Of a stretch of DNA of 62,584 bases, positions 47,832 to 57,114 are shown piece by piece. Every line of letters starts with the position of its first letter. Positions within the stretch are counted from its first letter, which is position 1. Location of the stretch: the IMG/VR virus record IMGVR_UViG_3300018036_000008, positions 1-62,584 of that record. One strand, 5' to 3'. The position numbers and the translations under genes are program-made. Source of the stretch: a virus (taxonomy: Duplodnaviria; Caudoviricetes). Below the pieces are notes generated by a model. The model was not told the DNA's origin, did not search any database, and worked only from the letters and a program-made list of their open reading frames with translations.

Positions 47832-48719
47832 ATGGAAGCGGTATTTGCTCGTCAAGAACATGGTGGATACAAAGTAATAAGAAAACAAGATACAACAATT
47901 GTAGTTAACTGGCCTACAGGTCAACGCATTTATGATAGTGTTCGAAAAACTATAAGAGCCCTTATTAACAACGACCCCGATCTTATAAAAGACGCCTATA
48001 AGAAGTTTAACTATTGTTGGGATAGATACTTTCGTTTAGGTAAGTACCGCAAGGTTATGTCACCTGTATTAGACACTTTAACTTTATTTGGAAACAAGTC
48101 TTTAGCTACAGGTAGATCTAACATTAAAAGAAATAAAACTCTTACTGTTGTAGACCAACCTGTTACTGGTATAGACTTAAACAAACGAGGACATGAAGTT
48201 AAGAAACTGTTCTACTCTGGTTTTAAGGATAAAGTAGTTGCGTTGGGTTATAATCCAGAGGATGTCCTACAAGAAGTATACTTAGGTATACTACAAAGAA
48301 ACCGCACTAAAGGTTGTTTCGATCCTAGTAGATCAGCTTTTAGTAGTTATGTGTTTATGGTATGTGGGTGTGTTATATCTAACTACAACCGTAAACATAA
48401 AAAGTTCTTTTCTGAAACGATTGGTACTTTTGACGCAAACGGCGAGATTGTAGATGTAAGTGAAAGTAACTTACCAGTGTTTTATGACACTGTTATAGAC
48501 CAAAAGGACTTACAAGAAGCCTTAACAGAACAAATAACACACAAAGCAAAAAGGATTAGAAAGTTCACAGAGGAAAAAGTACAAGCAGCTCTACCTTTGG
48601 TATTTAAGGGCTACAAAAATAAAGAGATTAGTGACATTACGGGTATTTCTGTTAATTGGGTATCCAGTTTTATAAAGTTCGTTAAAGCGAACACAATGCA
48701 ATTAACACAAGGATGTTAA
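47832..48719 (+). CDS. Sigma-70-like factor with an N-terminal extension
   Basis: Region-2-like EDVLQEVYLGIL...FDPSRSAFSSYV; C-terminal HTH GYKNKEISDITGISVNWV. Confidence 0.75.
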   Translation: MEAVFARQEHGGYKVIRKQDTTIVVNWPTGQRIYDSVRKTIRALINNDPDLIKDAYKKFNYCWDRYFRLGKYRKVMSPVLDTLTLFGNKSLATGRSNIKRNKTLTVVDQPVTGIDLNKRGHEVKKLFYSGFKDKVVALGYNPEDVLQEVYLGILQRNRTKGCFDPSRSAFSSYVFMVCGCVISNYNRKHKKFFSETIGTFDANGEIVDVSESNLPVFYDTVIDQKDLQEALTEQITHKAKRIRKFTEEKVQAALPLVFKGYKNKEISDITGISVNWVSSFIKFVKANTMQLTQGC

Positions 48720-48720
48720 C

Positions 48721-49038
48721 ATGAAAGGAAAATGGCTCACAAACAATACTTGGGTATGTAATAGACACTTACCAAGTGTTGTTAACAATGCTTCCCAAGG
48801 TAACTGTACAATAGGAAACTGTCTAGGTGTAAGGCCAAGACCAGAAACTACACTTTTCAGTAAACCCACACAAGTTGTAAAGCCTGTTGTTAAAGTTGTT
48901 GAGAACACTACAGATAAATGTTTTTGGTTTAAGTGTAACAATACAAGTAAGCCTCGTAGTAAGTATTGTAGTATTCAGTGTAAGAATCGTAATGCTAGAC
49001 ATAACTACAGACTTAGACAAAAGACTTTGTCTAAATAA
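48721..49038 (+). CDS. Cys-rich zinc-finger protein (CGNR-like C-terminus)
   Basis: CFWFKC...KYCSIQCKNRNAR. Confidence 0.6.
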   Translation: MKGKWLTNNTWVCNRHLPSVVNNASQGNCTIGNCLGVRPRPETTLFSKPTQVVKPVVKVVENTTDKCFWFKCNNTSKPRSKYCSIQCKNRNARHNYRLRQKTLSK

Positions 49039-49059
49039 CTTTAAACACTAGTTAAAAAG

Positions 49060-49089
49060 AAAAGGTTGTCTTTAAAGACAACCTTTTTT
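49060..49089 (+). terminator. Intrinsic terminator
   Basis: AAAAGGTTGTC...GACAACCTTTTTT. Confidence 0.85.
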
Positions 49090-49155
49090 ATTGCTTAAAA
49101 CCATCTAACAAACTATCTACATCTTGTACTATATTATGTAGTAGGATACCAAGAT

Positions 49156-49899
49156 ATGAAACTCACACCAGAACAAATTAATACTTTATGTGTCAAAGTA
49201 CAAAACGGTTGTAATCGTAGCCTAGAAGTTATGTTAAAAGCCTACGAGAAGTTAATTCTGAGTCGTATAAGTAAACAGTTTAAAAGACACGACACAATGT
49301 ATAAAGAAGACTTGTATCAAGAGGCTTGTATTGCTTTTATAAAAGGCTGTAGGAAGTATGATACAACACTAGAGGCTTCTTTTGTTACTTATGTTATCTA
49401 TCGTATAGATACAGCCTTGTGTAGATTCCAAAGTCGTCCTATTAAAACACCTCAATCCCATATTGAGATGGAAAAGAACTATTATAAAGTTAAAGCCCTA
49501 GTAAAGCATGGCCTTTGTTTAGATAAAGCCTTAGAAGGTACTGGTATTAATAAGGAGAACTTCTTGGCTATGGATGGTCATTATAACGCTAGGTATGACT
49601 CTTTAGTTATTTATGGTGACACAGACTCTAAAAACTTAACGGAAAACTTAAATTGTGAGGATCAGGTTGCTCCTGAAGATTGGGTACAAGAAAGACAATA
49701 TAAACGTTTACTTCATAAACTTTTAAACCAGTTAACAGATGTAGAGAAGAATATACTTAAACATAGATACGAGTTAGATGGATATGAACTACTAAGTTGG
49801 GCTGAACTTAGTAGTAAGTATAACTTAGCCCATAGAACTGTACAGTTAAGAAGAACAACAGGCCTTAATAAATTAAAAGAGTTGTACCATGAAACTTAG
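49156..49899 (+). CDS. Sigma-70 family RNA polymerase sigma factor
   Basis: EDLYQEACIAFIKGCRKYD...FVTYV; region 4 LTDVEKNILKHRY...GLNKLK. Confidence 0.88.
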   Translation: MKLTPEQINTLCVKVQNGCNRSLEVMLKAYEKLILSRISKQFKRHDTMYKEDLYQEACIAFIKGCRKYDTTLEASFVTYVIYRIDTALCRFQSRPIKTPQSHIEMEKNYYKVKALVKHGLCLDKALEGTGINKENFLAMDGHYNARYDSLVIYGDTDSKNLTENLNCEDQVAPEDWVQERQYKRLLHKLLNQLTDVEKNILKHRYELDGYELLSWAELSSKYNLAHRTVQLRRTTGLNKLKELYHET

Positions 49900-50629
49900 T
49901 AAAGAGGAAACCACCACACTATGTGAAGCCATTAAAAATGGATGTCCTATTAGTTTGGATAAAATGATCCGATGTAATATGGGTCTTGTTCAACAACGGG
50001 CTTATAGATTCTTAAAGTTATATAAACCAAGTACATCTGTAGAAGACTTAATACAAGAAGGTTGTATTGGTCTGCTTAAAGCCTGTTATAAATATGATGG
50101 TAAGTTTAACAATACCTTTGGAACTTATGCTGTTTATTGGATAGACCAAGAAATGAAAAGATCTAAGTTTCGTTTCATTAGTATTCCAGAACATAAACAA
50201 ACCCGTATGCGTTTCTACGCAGAGTTAGTTAAACAAGTAAGAAGGGGTATAGACTTCGAAGAAGCCCTTGAAGCCTCTACTCTTACAAAAGAAGAGTATG
50301 CGTTATATAGTAGTATTCAGCATCAATATGTTTCTTTAGACACACCTACAGAACATCCAGATGTTACTTTAGAGAATGTACTACCTACAGACTTAAGTAC
50401 ACCTGAGGAGTTTTGTGTACAAGTTTTACAAAAAGAAGATCTTAGACAAGCATTACTGACCTTAAATCCTTTAGATAGAAAATGTATCACACTTCGATAT
50501 GGTTTAAATAACGAAGACCCCATGACTTACAGAGGAATTGCTAAAGAGTTGGGGTGGAATAGGTCTTCGGTTAATCGTAGTATTGAAGACTCACTTAAAA
50601 AGTTGAAGCAACTTTTAAGCAAACTTTAA
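49889..50629 (+). CDS. Sigma-70 family (RpoD/RpoH-like) sigma factor
   Basis: NMGLV, EDLIQEGCIGLLKA..KYD, FGTYAVYWI, VSLDTP, LRYGL...MTYRGIAKELG. Confidence 0.93.
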   Translation: MKLSKEETTTLCEAIKNGCPISLDKMIRCNMGLVQQRAYRFLKLYKPSTSVEDLIQEGCIGLLKACYKYDGKFNNTFGTYAVYWIDQEMKRSKFRFISIPEHKQTRMRFYAELVKQVRRGIDFEEALEASTLTKEEYALYSSIQHQYVSLDTPTEHPDVTLENVLPTDLSTPEEFCVQVLQKEDLRQALLTLNPLDRKCITLRYGLNNEDPMTYRGIAKELGWNRSSVNRSIEDSLKKLKQLLSKL

Positions 50630-51193
50630 AGTCTTACTAATCTTGTGTACTTGTAAGAACTCTTGTGTGTAGGCTTCGGCTAACTGTTTATTGTGTATTA
50701 CAATACCATTCTCTAAACTCTCATTACCGTTTGTTGTAGGATTAAAACTACCTGTCCATACACTTACAGGATTACCTTTAGTATCTAAGCGTACAACAAA
50801 CTTATGGTGCATGTTTTGTGGATGACTAATACAACCACAAACCAGTAAGTTTTCTTTTATAGTCTGACCTGAAACTAGCATGGTATTTTTACTGGTTGTT
50901 TTACTTTCATACATATCCCGAGACTTCTTGGCTACACCACCCTTCTTATTTAACCAACTCTCATTACGAAGAATGATTACGCTAGGGCGCTCTACAATCG
51001 CTTTTAACACAGGTTGTGACGTTAACCACGCTACACACACTAACACACTGTCAGACTCTTGTATAAACTGTATTAGGTGTGTCTCTAAGTCCCTAAAGTA
51101 ACATTCCACATTCTTATTTTTAAAGTGATGGACATCACTCAACTTTACATTGAGGTCAGCCCCCTTTTTCCGTTTCCATACTTTACGAGCCAT
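50615..51193 (-). CDS. Phospholipase D-like (single HKD) nuclease
   Basis: VCVAWLT, MHHKFVV, VWTGSFNPT, SLEN. Confidence 0.88.
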   Translation of the reverse strand: MARKVWKRKKGADLNVKLSDVHHFKNKNVECYFRDLETHLIQFIQESDSVLVCVAWLTSQPVLKAIVERPSVIILRNESWLNKKGGVAKKSRDMYESKTTSKNTMLVSGQTIKENLLVCGCISHPQNMHHKFVVRLDTKGNPVSVWTGSFNPTTNGNESLENGIVIHNKQLAEAYTQEFLQVHKISKTLKFA

Positions 51194-51777
51194 TACTCAT
51201 CCTCTACAATGGCATCAAAGTGTTCTTCTTGAGTGGTTTGTTCGTCCTTCATAATGCTCTCCTTTGCTTTTTGGTTTAATGTTTTACTATCCTCTTGGGC
51301 TAGTTCTCTTTGGTGTTTCAGAATCTGTTGCTTACCAAGCAGTTCTACAAGATACTCTTGGAACATTGGTCGAGCATAGGTCTTTTGTACCCAATACTCA
51401 TCGTCTGAATCTAATTCGACTGTAAGGTTGTCTTTCACAATCAACAGTTTCCTTGTATCGTGTTCGTTATCTGATACATCTGGAACTGTGGTCAGAAAAC
51501 AGTATTCCAACACAGTATCCCCTTGCCACATATTATAGACAATCTTGGAATCCCTCGTGTAGTAGTCCATCACCAGCCGATCTGTGTAATCAACAATCCC
51601 TTGATGGGGGAAGCCAATCGTTTCAATGAACCCCATTTGCCTTTGTAGTTCTCTCTCCAACACCCAACAGTTCGGCACAATCAGTTTGAAAGGTTTTGAG
51701 TTCGGTCGCTCATAGGGTTTCGCTATCACTGTCAGTGTATCCCCAATTTGCTTTTCTATCGTTATTTCAATGTTCAT
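51193..51777 (-). CDS. Hypothetical protein
   Basis: 194-aa ORF with GAGG RBS. Confidence 0.75.
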   Translation of the reverse strand: MNIEITIEKQIGDTLTVIAKPYERPNSKPFKLIVPNCWVLERELQRQMGFIETIGFPHQGIVDYTDRLVMDYYTRDSKIVYNMWQGDTVLEYCFLTTVPDVSDNEHDTRKLLIVKDNLTVELDSDDEYWVQKTYARPMFQEYLVELLGKQQILKHQRELAQEDSKTLNQKAKESIMKDEQTTQEEHFDAIVEDE

Positions 51778-51789
51778 AACTCAATACCT

Positions 51790-51936
51790 CTATTTTGATC
51801 CGCTACGATCAACAGACTTTTGCGACTGCAACCATTCAAGAACCTTTTGAGTCAAGTCTTTGTCTTGGTTTGCCTTGTTGATAAGGTCTTGTCGCCTTTG
51901 TGCTTCTTGGTATTCCTTAATACCCTTATGAGCCAT
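51790..51936 (-). CDS. Small hypothetical protein (48 aa)
   Basis: GGGAG RBS; MAHKGIKEYQEAQRRQDL...GSK*. Confidence 0.6.
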   Translation of the reverse strand: MAHKGIKEYQEAQRRQDLINKANQDKDLTQKVLEWLQSQKSVDRSGSK

Positions 51937-51955
51937 AATACTCCCTTTTAGTATA

Positions 51956-52222
51956 CTAGGATACTTGCTCTAAAACTGTCCATACAGTTTTATGTTCTTC
52001 CATTGTAATCGTAAACTGGTTTAAAATGGAACACCCTTGTGTGTTAACATTAAAAAACTCACCGCCTGTCCATTGTTCTATATAGTTACCGGGTTGTATG
52101 GCTTCGTTTAACTTAACATTGTATTCAGAGAGTACAGTCTTTAGATTATGTGTGTACAGAACATTAAGACTGTGGTTGTTGTGTGTCTTCTGTAGTATAT
52201 ATACAATTCTTTTTGGTATCAT
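51956..52222 (-). CDS. Hypothetical protein
   Basis: ATGA overlap with the upstream gene. Confidence 0.65.
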   Translation of the reverse strand: MIPKRIVYILQKTHNNHSLNVLYTHNLKTVLSEYNVKLNEAIQPGNYIEQWTGGEFFNVNTQGCSILNQFTITMEEHKTVWTVLEQVS

Positions 52223-52722
52223 CTATACTCTTCGGGTAAAGGGGTTAGTTCGTTAATTAACTCTACACCATGTTTACCTTTAAGTAAACCATACTGGTTT
52301 ACCTGACTATTCCAATCCTCGTATAAGTGATACTCTGTCTGATCCAATGTAAGTCTTACAAGTACACCTTGTCCACCACATTTAACATAAGCCCTTCCCC
52401 CATCAATATAACCACCTGTCTTATGTTTGGATTCTATCCAACAAGGACAACAAGCAAAGTCGTGTGTGGATCTACTAAAATAAGTATGGTCACAGTTCAG
52501 ACAATACTTACCTAGTAAAGAGGTTTGTGTGGGTGTGACTGTAAAGTATTCGTCTGTATCATCCCAGAACATATCACCGTTCTGGTCCCAAGAAAACTCT
52601 CTAGTGTTTCCGACAGGGTCTTTAAACACACCACTATCCGGGTACCCTTCGACTTTTACTAGACCCATATAAGTTAACTGTGTGTCCTTATACAGGTATG
52701 GTTTGTTTACTCTAATAGTCAT
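52219..52722 (-). CDS. Zn-binding phage hypothetical protein
   Basis: CLNC...SRSTHDFACCPC...IDGG, a motif I recall from small phage proteins. Confidence 0.7.
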   Translation of the reverse strand: MTIRVNKPYLYKDTQLTYMGLVKVEGYPDSGVFKDPVGNTREFSWDQNGDMFWDDTDEYFTVTPTQTSLLGKYCLNCDHTYFSRSTHDFACCPCWIESKHKTGGYIDGGRAYVKCGGQGVLVRLTLDQTEYHLYEDWNSQVNQYGLLKGKHGVELINELTPLPEEYR

Positions 52723-52976
52723 TGTTCTTTTTCTGTAGGGTCTATTTTTTGTACTAGTATAAGACCAGAGTTGCAACTTAAATACATAGCGTTACTCATA
52801 ACCTCTATCCAAGAACCCTTTTCGTCTGGATGTGTAATAACCTTGCCCCAAATACCTTGTTTAACTAACGCTAAAGGTTGACAGTTAACTTCGGAAAAGC
52901 TGTTAGTTAGGTCTTGAAAAAGTTTTGTGGCTTCTTTAAAACCGAGTGTAACACCGACATATCTCCACAGATCCAT
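52719..52976 (-). CDS. Hypothetical protein
   Basis: AGGAG RBS; coupled to the next gene. Confidence 0.65.
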   Translation of the reverse strand: MDLWRYVGVTLGFKEATKLFQDLTNSFSEVNCQPLALVKQGIWGKVITHPDEKGSWIEVMSNAMYLSCNSGLILVQKIDPTEKEQ

Positions 52977-53079
52977 AGTTATCTCCTATTAAAAACCAAG
53001 TTATAAAACCACATAACAATACTATACTAAACAGTAAGATTAGGTGTTTAAGTGTAACAGGTGTATATTCCTTAGACAT
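52936..53079 (-). CDS. Small single-TM protein
   Basis: MSKEYTPVT followed by a hydrophobic helix. Confidence 0.5.
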   Translation of the reverse strand: MSKEYTPVTLKHLILLFSIVLLCGFITWFLIGDNYGSVEICRCYTRF

Positions 53080-53482
53080 TTTTAAACCCAAAGACCATTC
53101 TGACTTGTGTGTACATTCTCTTACCATAGGCTGGAATAATTGTACTTACAATGGCTGATTGGTTTTCTAGAGGTATTAACTTGAACCATATACCTAAACA
53201 CATATTAACTTCGGCTTGTGTTAACCAGTTATGATTGTTTACACCTACCATATCTGTAAGTGTGAAACGAGTCTGTTCAGACACATCTTTTGGTAGACCT
53301 CTATTATGAGGTAAGTTAGTAAAGCCATTGTTTAAAAATAAATCCTTATCGAACCCACAACGAACTCCTCCAATAATACCGAACCAAATGTAGGATCTGT
53401 CTGAAACCACAGATCTTATTACTTCCCACTCTTGTGATTTTGGATTTAGTCCTTCCCAGTATCCTATAATGTCCACAGCCAT
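53072..53482 (-). CDS. Phage hypothetical protein
   Basis: RSYIWFGIIGGVR...RGLPKDVS...HNWLT...RMVFGF pattern. Confidence 0.75.
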   Translation of the reverse strand: MAVDIIGYWEGLNPKSQEWEVIRSVVSDRSYIWFGIIGGVRCGFDKDLFLNNGFTNLPHNRGLPKDVSEQTRFTLTDMVGVNNHNWLTQAEVNMCLGIWFKLIPLENQSAIVSTIIPAYGKRMYTQVRMVFGFKNV

Positions 53483-53495
53483 CGTTAAAACCCTT

Positions 53496-53509
53496 AATAA
53501 TATGTTTAT
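53496..53509 (+). promoter_or_regulatory. Putative late promoter AATAATATGTTTAT
   Basis: Consensus match in a divergent gap; followed by the palindrome GTATAGTACTATAC (53511-53524). Confidence 0.6.
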
Positions 53510-53572
53510 TGTATAGTACTATACAATATGTAATAACTACATACTAAAACACTAAAAAACTATGGAAAAGTT

Positions 53573-54112
53573 ATGTTGGAACAACGGGAAAAGATTATCG
53601 ACTTAATTAGGAACGGTAATGTTAGCCATATTGTACAAGGTATAGAACTTGCTGATGTGTTAGATTTCTTAGACCCTAGAAATCCAGACAATGATAGACT
53701 TATTAAGAATGCCCAGTTTGTGGTGTACAAAGGTTTAAGAGAGGCTTTAGGAAACCAAGATAAAGACACTTGGAATAAGTTGGTAAAACTTAATAAAGAC
53801 TACAACATTGTAGATAAAAGATATGCCAATACTTGGCATGGTCGTGCTCGTATTGGAATAGACTTAGCTAAGTCCCTTTTAAAACAAGCCGGTCTAACCT
53901 ATAACAAACCCTCTTTTGGTAGTGGTGGTTATATTGTTAGTGCCCCACAATACTACGATCCTAAAGATAACCTTAAAGGTAAAGTGGAACGACTTGAAAG
54001 GGTGTTAGACCAGTGGGATGGTTTTGTTTACAGATTTCAGTTTGACGAACAAGAGGACAAGTTTGGAATACTAAACTTGGATATAGATTACAGTTTGATT
54101 GGTATTAAGTGA
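53573..54112 (+). CDS. Hypothetical protein with the shared helical motif at its N-terminus
   Basis: EKIIDLIRNGNVSHIVQGIELADVL. Confidence 0.75.
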   Translation: MLEQREKIIDLIRNGNVSHIVQGIELADVLDFLDPRNPDNDRLIKNAQFVVYKGLREALGNQDKDTWNKLVKLNKDYNIVDKRYANTWHGRARIGIDLAKSLLKQAGLTYNKPSFGSGGYIVSAPQYYDPKDNLKGKVERLERVLDQWDGFVYRFQFDEQEDKFGILNLDIDYSLIGIK

Positions 54113-54337
54113 CTACTTACGAAAGTTAGGGAACGTTTCTCGTAAGTCAAAGTTAAGGTTGGCTACTTTTTCCCATGTAGTACTGTTCACCCATTCCACT
54201 TGTGCCATTAACCAAGCCCCCTCAAACTTAATGTCCACACACTTACCAAATCGAATACGTACTTGACTTACAGCCTGCCAACACTGTTGTCCTACATACT
54301 TACCGTTTCTATCTAACATGTCTTTACTCCTTTCCAA
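54113..54337 (-). CDS. Small hypothetical protein (SH3/KOW-like pattern)
   Basis: 74-aa ORF within the operon. Confidence 0.55.
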   Translation of the reverse strand: MERSKDMLDRNGKYVGQQCWQAVSQVRIRFGKCVDIKFEGAWLMAQVEWVNSTTWEKVANLNFDLRETFPNFRK

Positions 54338-54866
54338 AGGATAATTTTAACTGTTTAAAGTCTGCTAGATCCTGTTTGGTTCTTTGTGTAATAGCCTCTC
54401 TACAATCATCACAAAGGACAACAATCCAACCAGATCTACTAGGTGTACCAGGTTTTCCACACTTCTCACAAGTTTTAAAAGACATACTTTCGGCGAAACT
54501 TAGAATACTGTTAATCTGTGGATTGTAATAGGTTAAGTATATACGCAAAGACCCCCACTTTTCTTTTACTTGGGCTATTTGTACTTGTGGTACAACCTTT
54601 TCTTTAGCCTTAGTAATACTTTCCTTAAAGTAAGAAGCATTCTCGTGGTCTGGTTTATCTAGTAGGAACTTTTCATACAGGGCTATTGTATGTAAAGGCT
54701 CTTCTATTAACTCTTGGATTTCCGCACACACTGTATCTATAATGTTATACCATCCATTCCCAACACCAATACCCCAACACATCGCCGTCTGTGTGTTATC
54801 CCAATCCTTTTGTTCAAAGAGTAAGGGGTACTTAGCATATAACTTATCCTCTAGTTCTTTATCCAT
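54324..54866 (-). CDS. Conserved phage hypothetical protein
   Basis: GNGWYNII, QVKEKWGSLRIY, TCEKCG...LCDDC. Confidence 0.8.
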   Translation of the reverse strand: MDKELEDKLYAKYPLLFEQKDWDNTQTAMCWGIGVGNGWYNIIDTVCAEIQELIEEPLHTIALYEKFLLDKPDHENASYFKESITKAKEKVVPQVQIAQVKEKWGSLRIYLTYYNPQINSILSFAESMSFKTCEKCGKPGTPSRSGWIVVLCDDCREAITQRTKQDLADFKQLKLSFGKE

Positions 54867-54902
54867 ATAAACTCCTTTAGTATACTATACACATAGTATA
54901 AA

Positions 54903-55286
54903 CTAACTAATAGGATAACCATCCCTTCCAAGGTACATATCCGTACTGTTAATAACATTCCAATGTACATTTAGGCTACTGTCTACTACTATTCGTACCC
55001 ACGCTCTTTCCAACTTAGCCGCATAGTACATACCACTACAAGTTTCCCCTACAAAGTACACATTACAATGTGCCATGTGGTACAGAGGATTGTTAGGTAG
55101 TATTTCCATAGAAGTACCATACAGTCTATTGATTGTTGTCATGTCTAGTTCATGTGCAATACACTCGGTAAGGAATTCAAACCGTTTACGATCTTTAACA
55201 CCTTGTCGGTTGAACATACGCTTTACAACACTGGTCATTCTTTCGTCTACTTTAGGGTCGATTGTATTAGTCATATTGGCCTCCAT
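54903..55286 (-). CDS. Hypothetical protein
   Basis: ORF in a co-oriented run. Confidence 0.65.
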   Translation of the reverse strand: MEANMTNTIDPKVDERMTSVVKRMFNRQGVKDRKRFEFLTECIAHELDMTTINRLYGTSMEILPNNPLYHMAHCNVYFVGETCSGMYYAAKLERAWVRIVVDSSLNVHWNVINSTDMYLGRDGYPIS

Positions 55287-55468
55287 TATTTACACCATTG
55301 TTTTGAGTTTTGTTTTGCTTGTTGTCTTCGTTCCATATACTCAATAGCTTTACGCTTTCTTTCGATTTTGCGTAAGTCCTCGAACAAGTCGATAGTGTCC
55401 ACTTTGTTAGTGTCATAAGTGAACCCCAGTTGAGTGTAATGTATTTTAGTGTCCATGATTTTCTCCAT
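55286..55468 (-). CDS. Small hypothetical protein
   Basis: TAATG coupling to the next gene. Confidence 0.55.
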   Translation of the reverse strand: MEKIMDTKIHYTQLGFTYDTNKVDTIDLFEDLRKIERKRKAIEYMERRQQAKQNSKQWCK

Positions 55469-55519
55469 TAGTAGTTTTGTTCTACATATATGTATAGGAA
55501 TCGTAATTTTAAAAGAGAG

Positions 55520-55900
55520 TTAAACTACCCACTCTTCGTTATTAAAATCCCAAGAAGGTAAACCTACTACATCACAATGCAAGGCTGTTAACTCTGTAAG
55601 TGTGTCTGTGTTCATTAGTTGATATGTATTGTGTGATTTACCATTGTAAAGACATACACTACCTTTATTAGAGCCTCGTAGAACCAAACAGAACATTGTA
55701 GTTTTACTTGGTCTAGTACAATCCTTAAGTTTTACTGTCTCTGTAATAACATTCACAGTATCGTCTTCATTACCTTTGTCATAGTATTCCTCTACGGCTT
55801 CTTCTACCAAGTCTTGTTCTTGTTTTCGACTAGTCATTGGTTTAAAGGTCATGTAGGCACTAGACTCACCTTGCACATATACACATAAACAGTATTTCAT
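55520..55900 (-). CDS. Hypothetical protein
   Basis: AGGAG RBS. Confidence 0.7.
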   Translation of the reverse strand: MKYCLCVYVQGESSAYMTFKPMTSRKQEQDLVEEAVEEYYDKGNEDDTVNVITETVKLKDCTRPSKTTMFCLVLRGSNKGSVCLYNGKSHNTYQLMNTDTLTELTALHCDVVGLPSWDFNNEEWVV

Positions 55901-55968
55901 TGTTAACTCCTAAGTAAGTACTCACTAAACGGATTAACTCTGTGTTTTCGGACAAAAAAGTATACTTT

Positions 55969-56457
55969 TTATTGAAAATTAAATCCGTCACCTTTGATAA
56001 CTACTATATAGTGACCACTTTTTAGAGCGTTTAGGACTTCATAAAACACTGTTTTAACTTCTAAAGAACCGTTTATAGGTAAGTCATAACAATCTGGTGG
56101 ACCCCACACTTGTCTTTTATGTTTACCTTTACTACCACCTGGTTTACAAAAATCTGGATTCCATTGACTACAACCATGTCTAAGCCCACACAAACCTTCC
56201 TCTGGTACAATCTTTCGTAAACTGGCTGTAGGCTCTCTACCTAACTCTCTTAATAAAGGATCTACCATACCATGTAATGCGTGGGAATAATTTACACTAC
56301 TTACAACACACACAACATTCTCCCAACTTGTACCTCTAAACAGTTCAAACTCTCCCCAATGTGTGTCCTGTTCGTTTACATAAGTAACAAGTAAATGTAT
56401 CTCTTGTGCGTCTTGGAATCTTTGTGGGTATGGGTCTGTGATTGTAACTCTTTTCAT
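55969..56457 (-). CDS. Hypothetical Cys-containing protein
   Basis: 162 aa; four spaced Cys near the C-terminus. Confidence 0.75.
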   Translation of the reverse strand: MKRVTITDPYPQRFQDAQEIHLLVTYVNEQDTHWGEFELFRGTSWENVVCVVSSVNYSHALHGMVDPLLRELGREPTASLRKIVPEEGLCGLRHGCSQWNPDFCKPGGSKGKHKRQVWGPPDCYDLPINGSLEVKTVFYEVLNALKSGHYIVVIKGDGFNFQ

Positions 56458-56518
56458 GTTAAGCCTATATTGTTATGTGGTGTACAGTACATAATAGTGT
56501 CTTAACATAGGAGAAGTA

Positions 56519-57112
56519 ATGAAGAAACTTTTAAAGGATAAACCGTTTGCAATACTAGACACAGAAACAACTGGACTGGACCCTACTGTACATGAGATTA
56601 TTGAAGTGTGTATATATAAGCCTAAGTGTGGTACTACTTTTACAACTAAAATTAAACCAGAACATTTAGAGTTTGCGAATCCAAAAGCCTTGGAAATTAA
56701 TGGATACAACGAAGAAGACTGGGCTAACGCTATTTCTTTTGACGAGGCTGTTTTAACTATAGGTCAACACTTACATGGTCATATTGTTGTAGGACACAAT
56801 GTACAGTTCGACTTAAACATGATTAAAGGCAACTTACAGAGATCCCAGTATAAAGACTTGGTAAGGATTCCATACCACTGTATAGACACTGTTACACTCG
56901 CACAAGAACACTTAGTGCCTTTAGGTTTAGAGAGTGTTAGTTTAGACAGTATTAGAGGGTTCTTAGGTATTTATAAAGACAAAGCCCATACAGCCCATAA
57001 AGATGTGATGGATACCGCTTATCTTTTTAAGAAATTATATAGAATGCGTAAAAGGGATAAGTTTGTATTAAGATGTCGAAACTTTCTTAGAACACTTACT
57101 TTAAAGGATTAA
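56519..57112 (+). CDS. DEDDh 3'-5' exonuclease (DnaQ-like)
   Basis: ILDTETTGL, VGHNVQFD, HTAHKDV. Confidence 0.93.
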   Translation: MKKLLKDKPFAILDTETTGLDPTVHEIIEVCIYKPKCGTTFTTKIKPEHLEFANPKALEINGYNEEDWANAISFDEAVLTIGQHLHGHIVVGHNVQFDLNMIKGNLQRSQYKDLVRIPYHCIDTVTLAQEHLVPLGLESVSLDSIRGFLGIYKDKAHTAHKDVMDTAYLFKKLYRMRKRDKFVLRCRNFLRTLTLKD

Positions 57113-57114
57113 CT

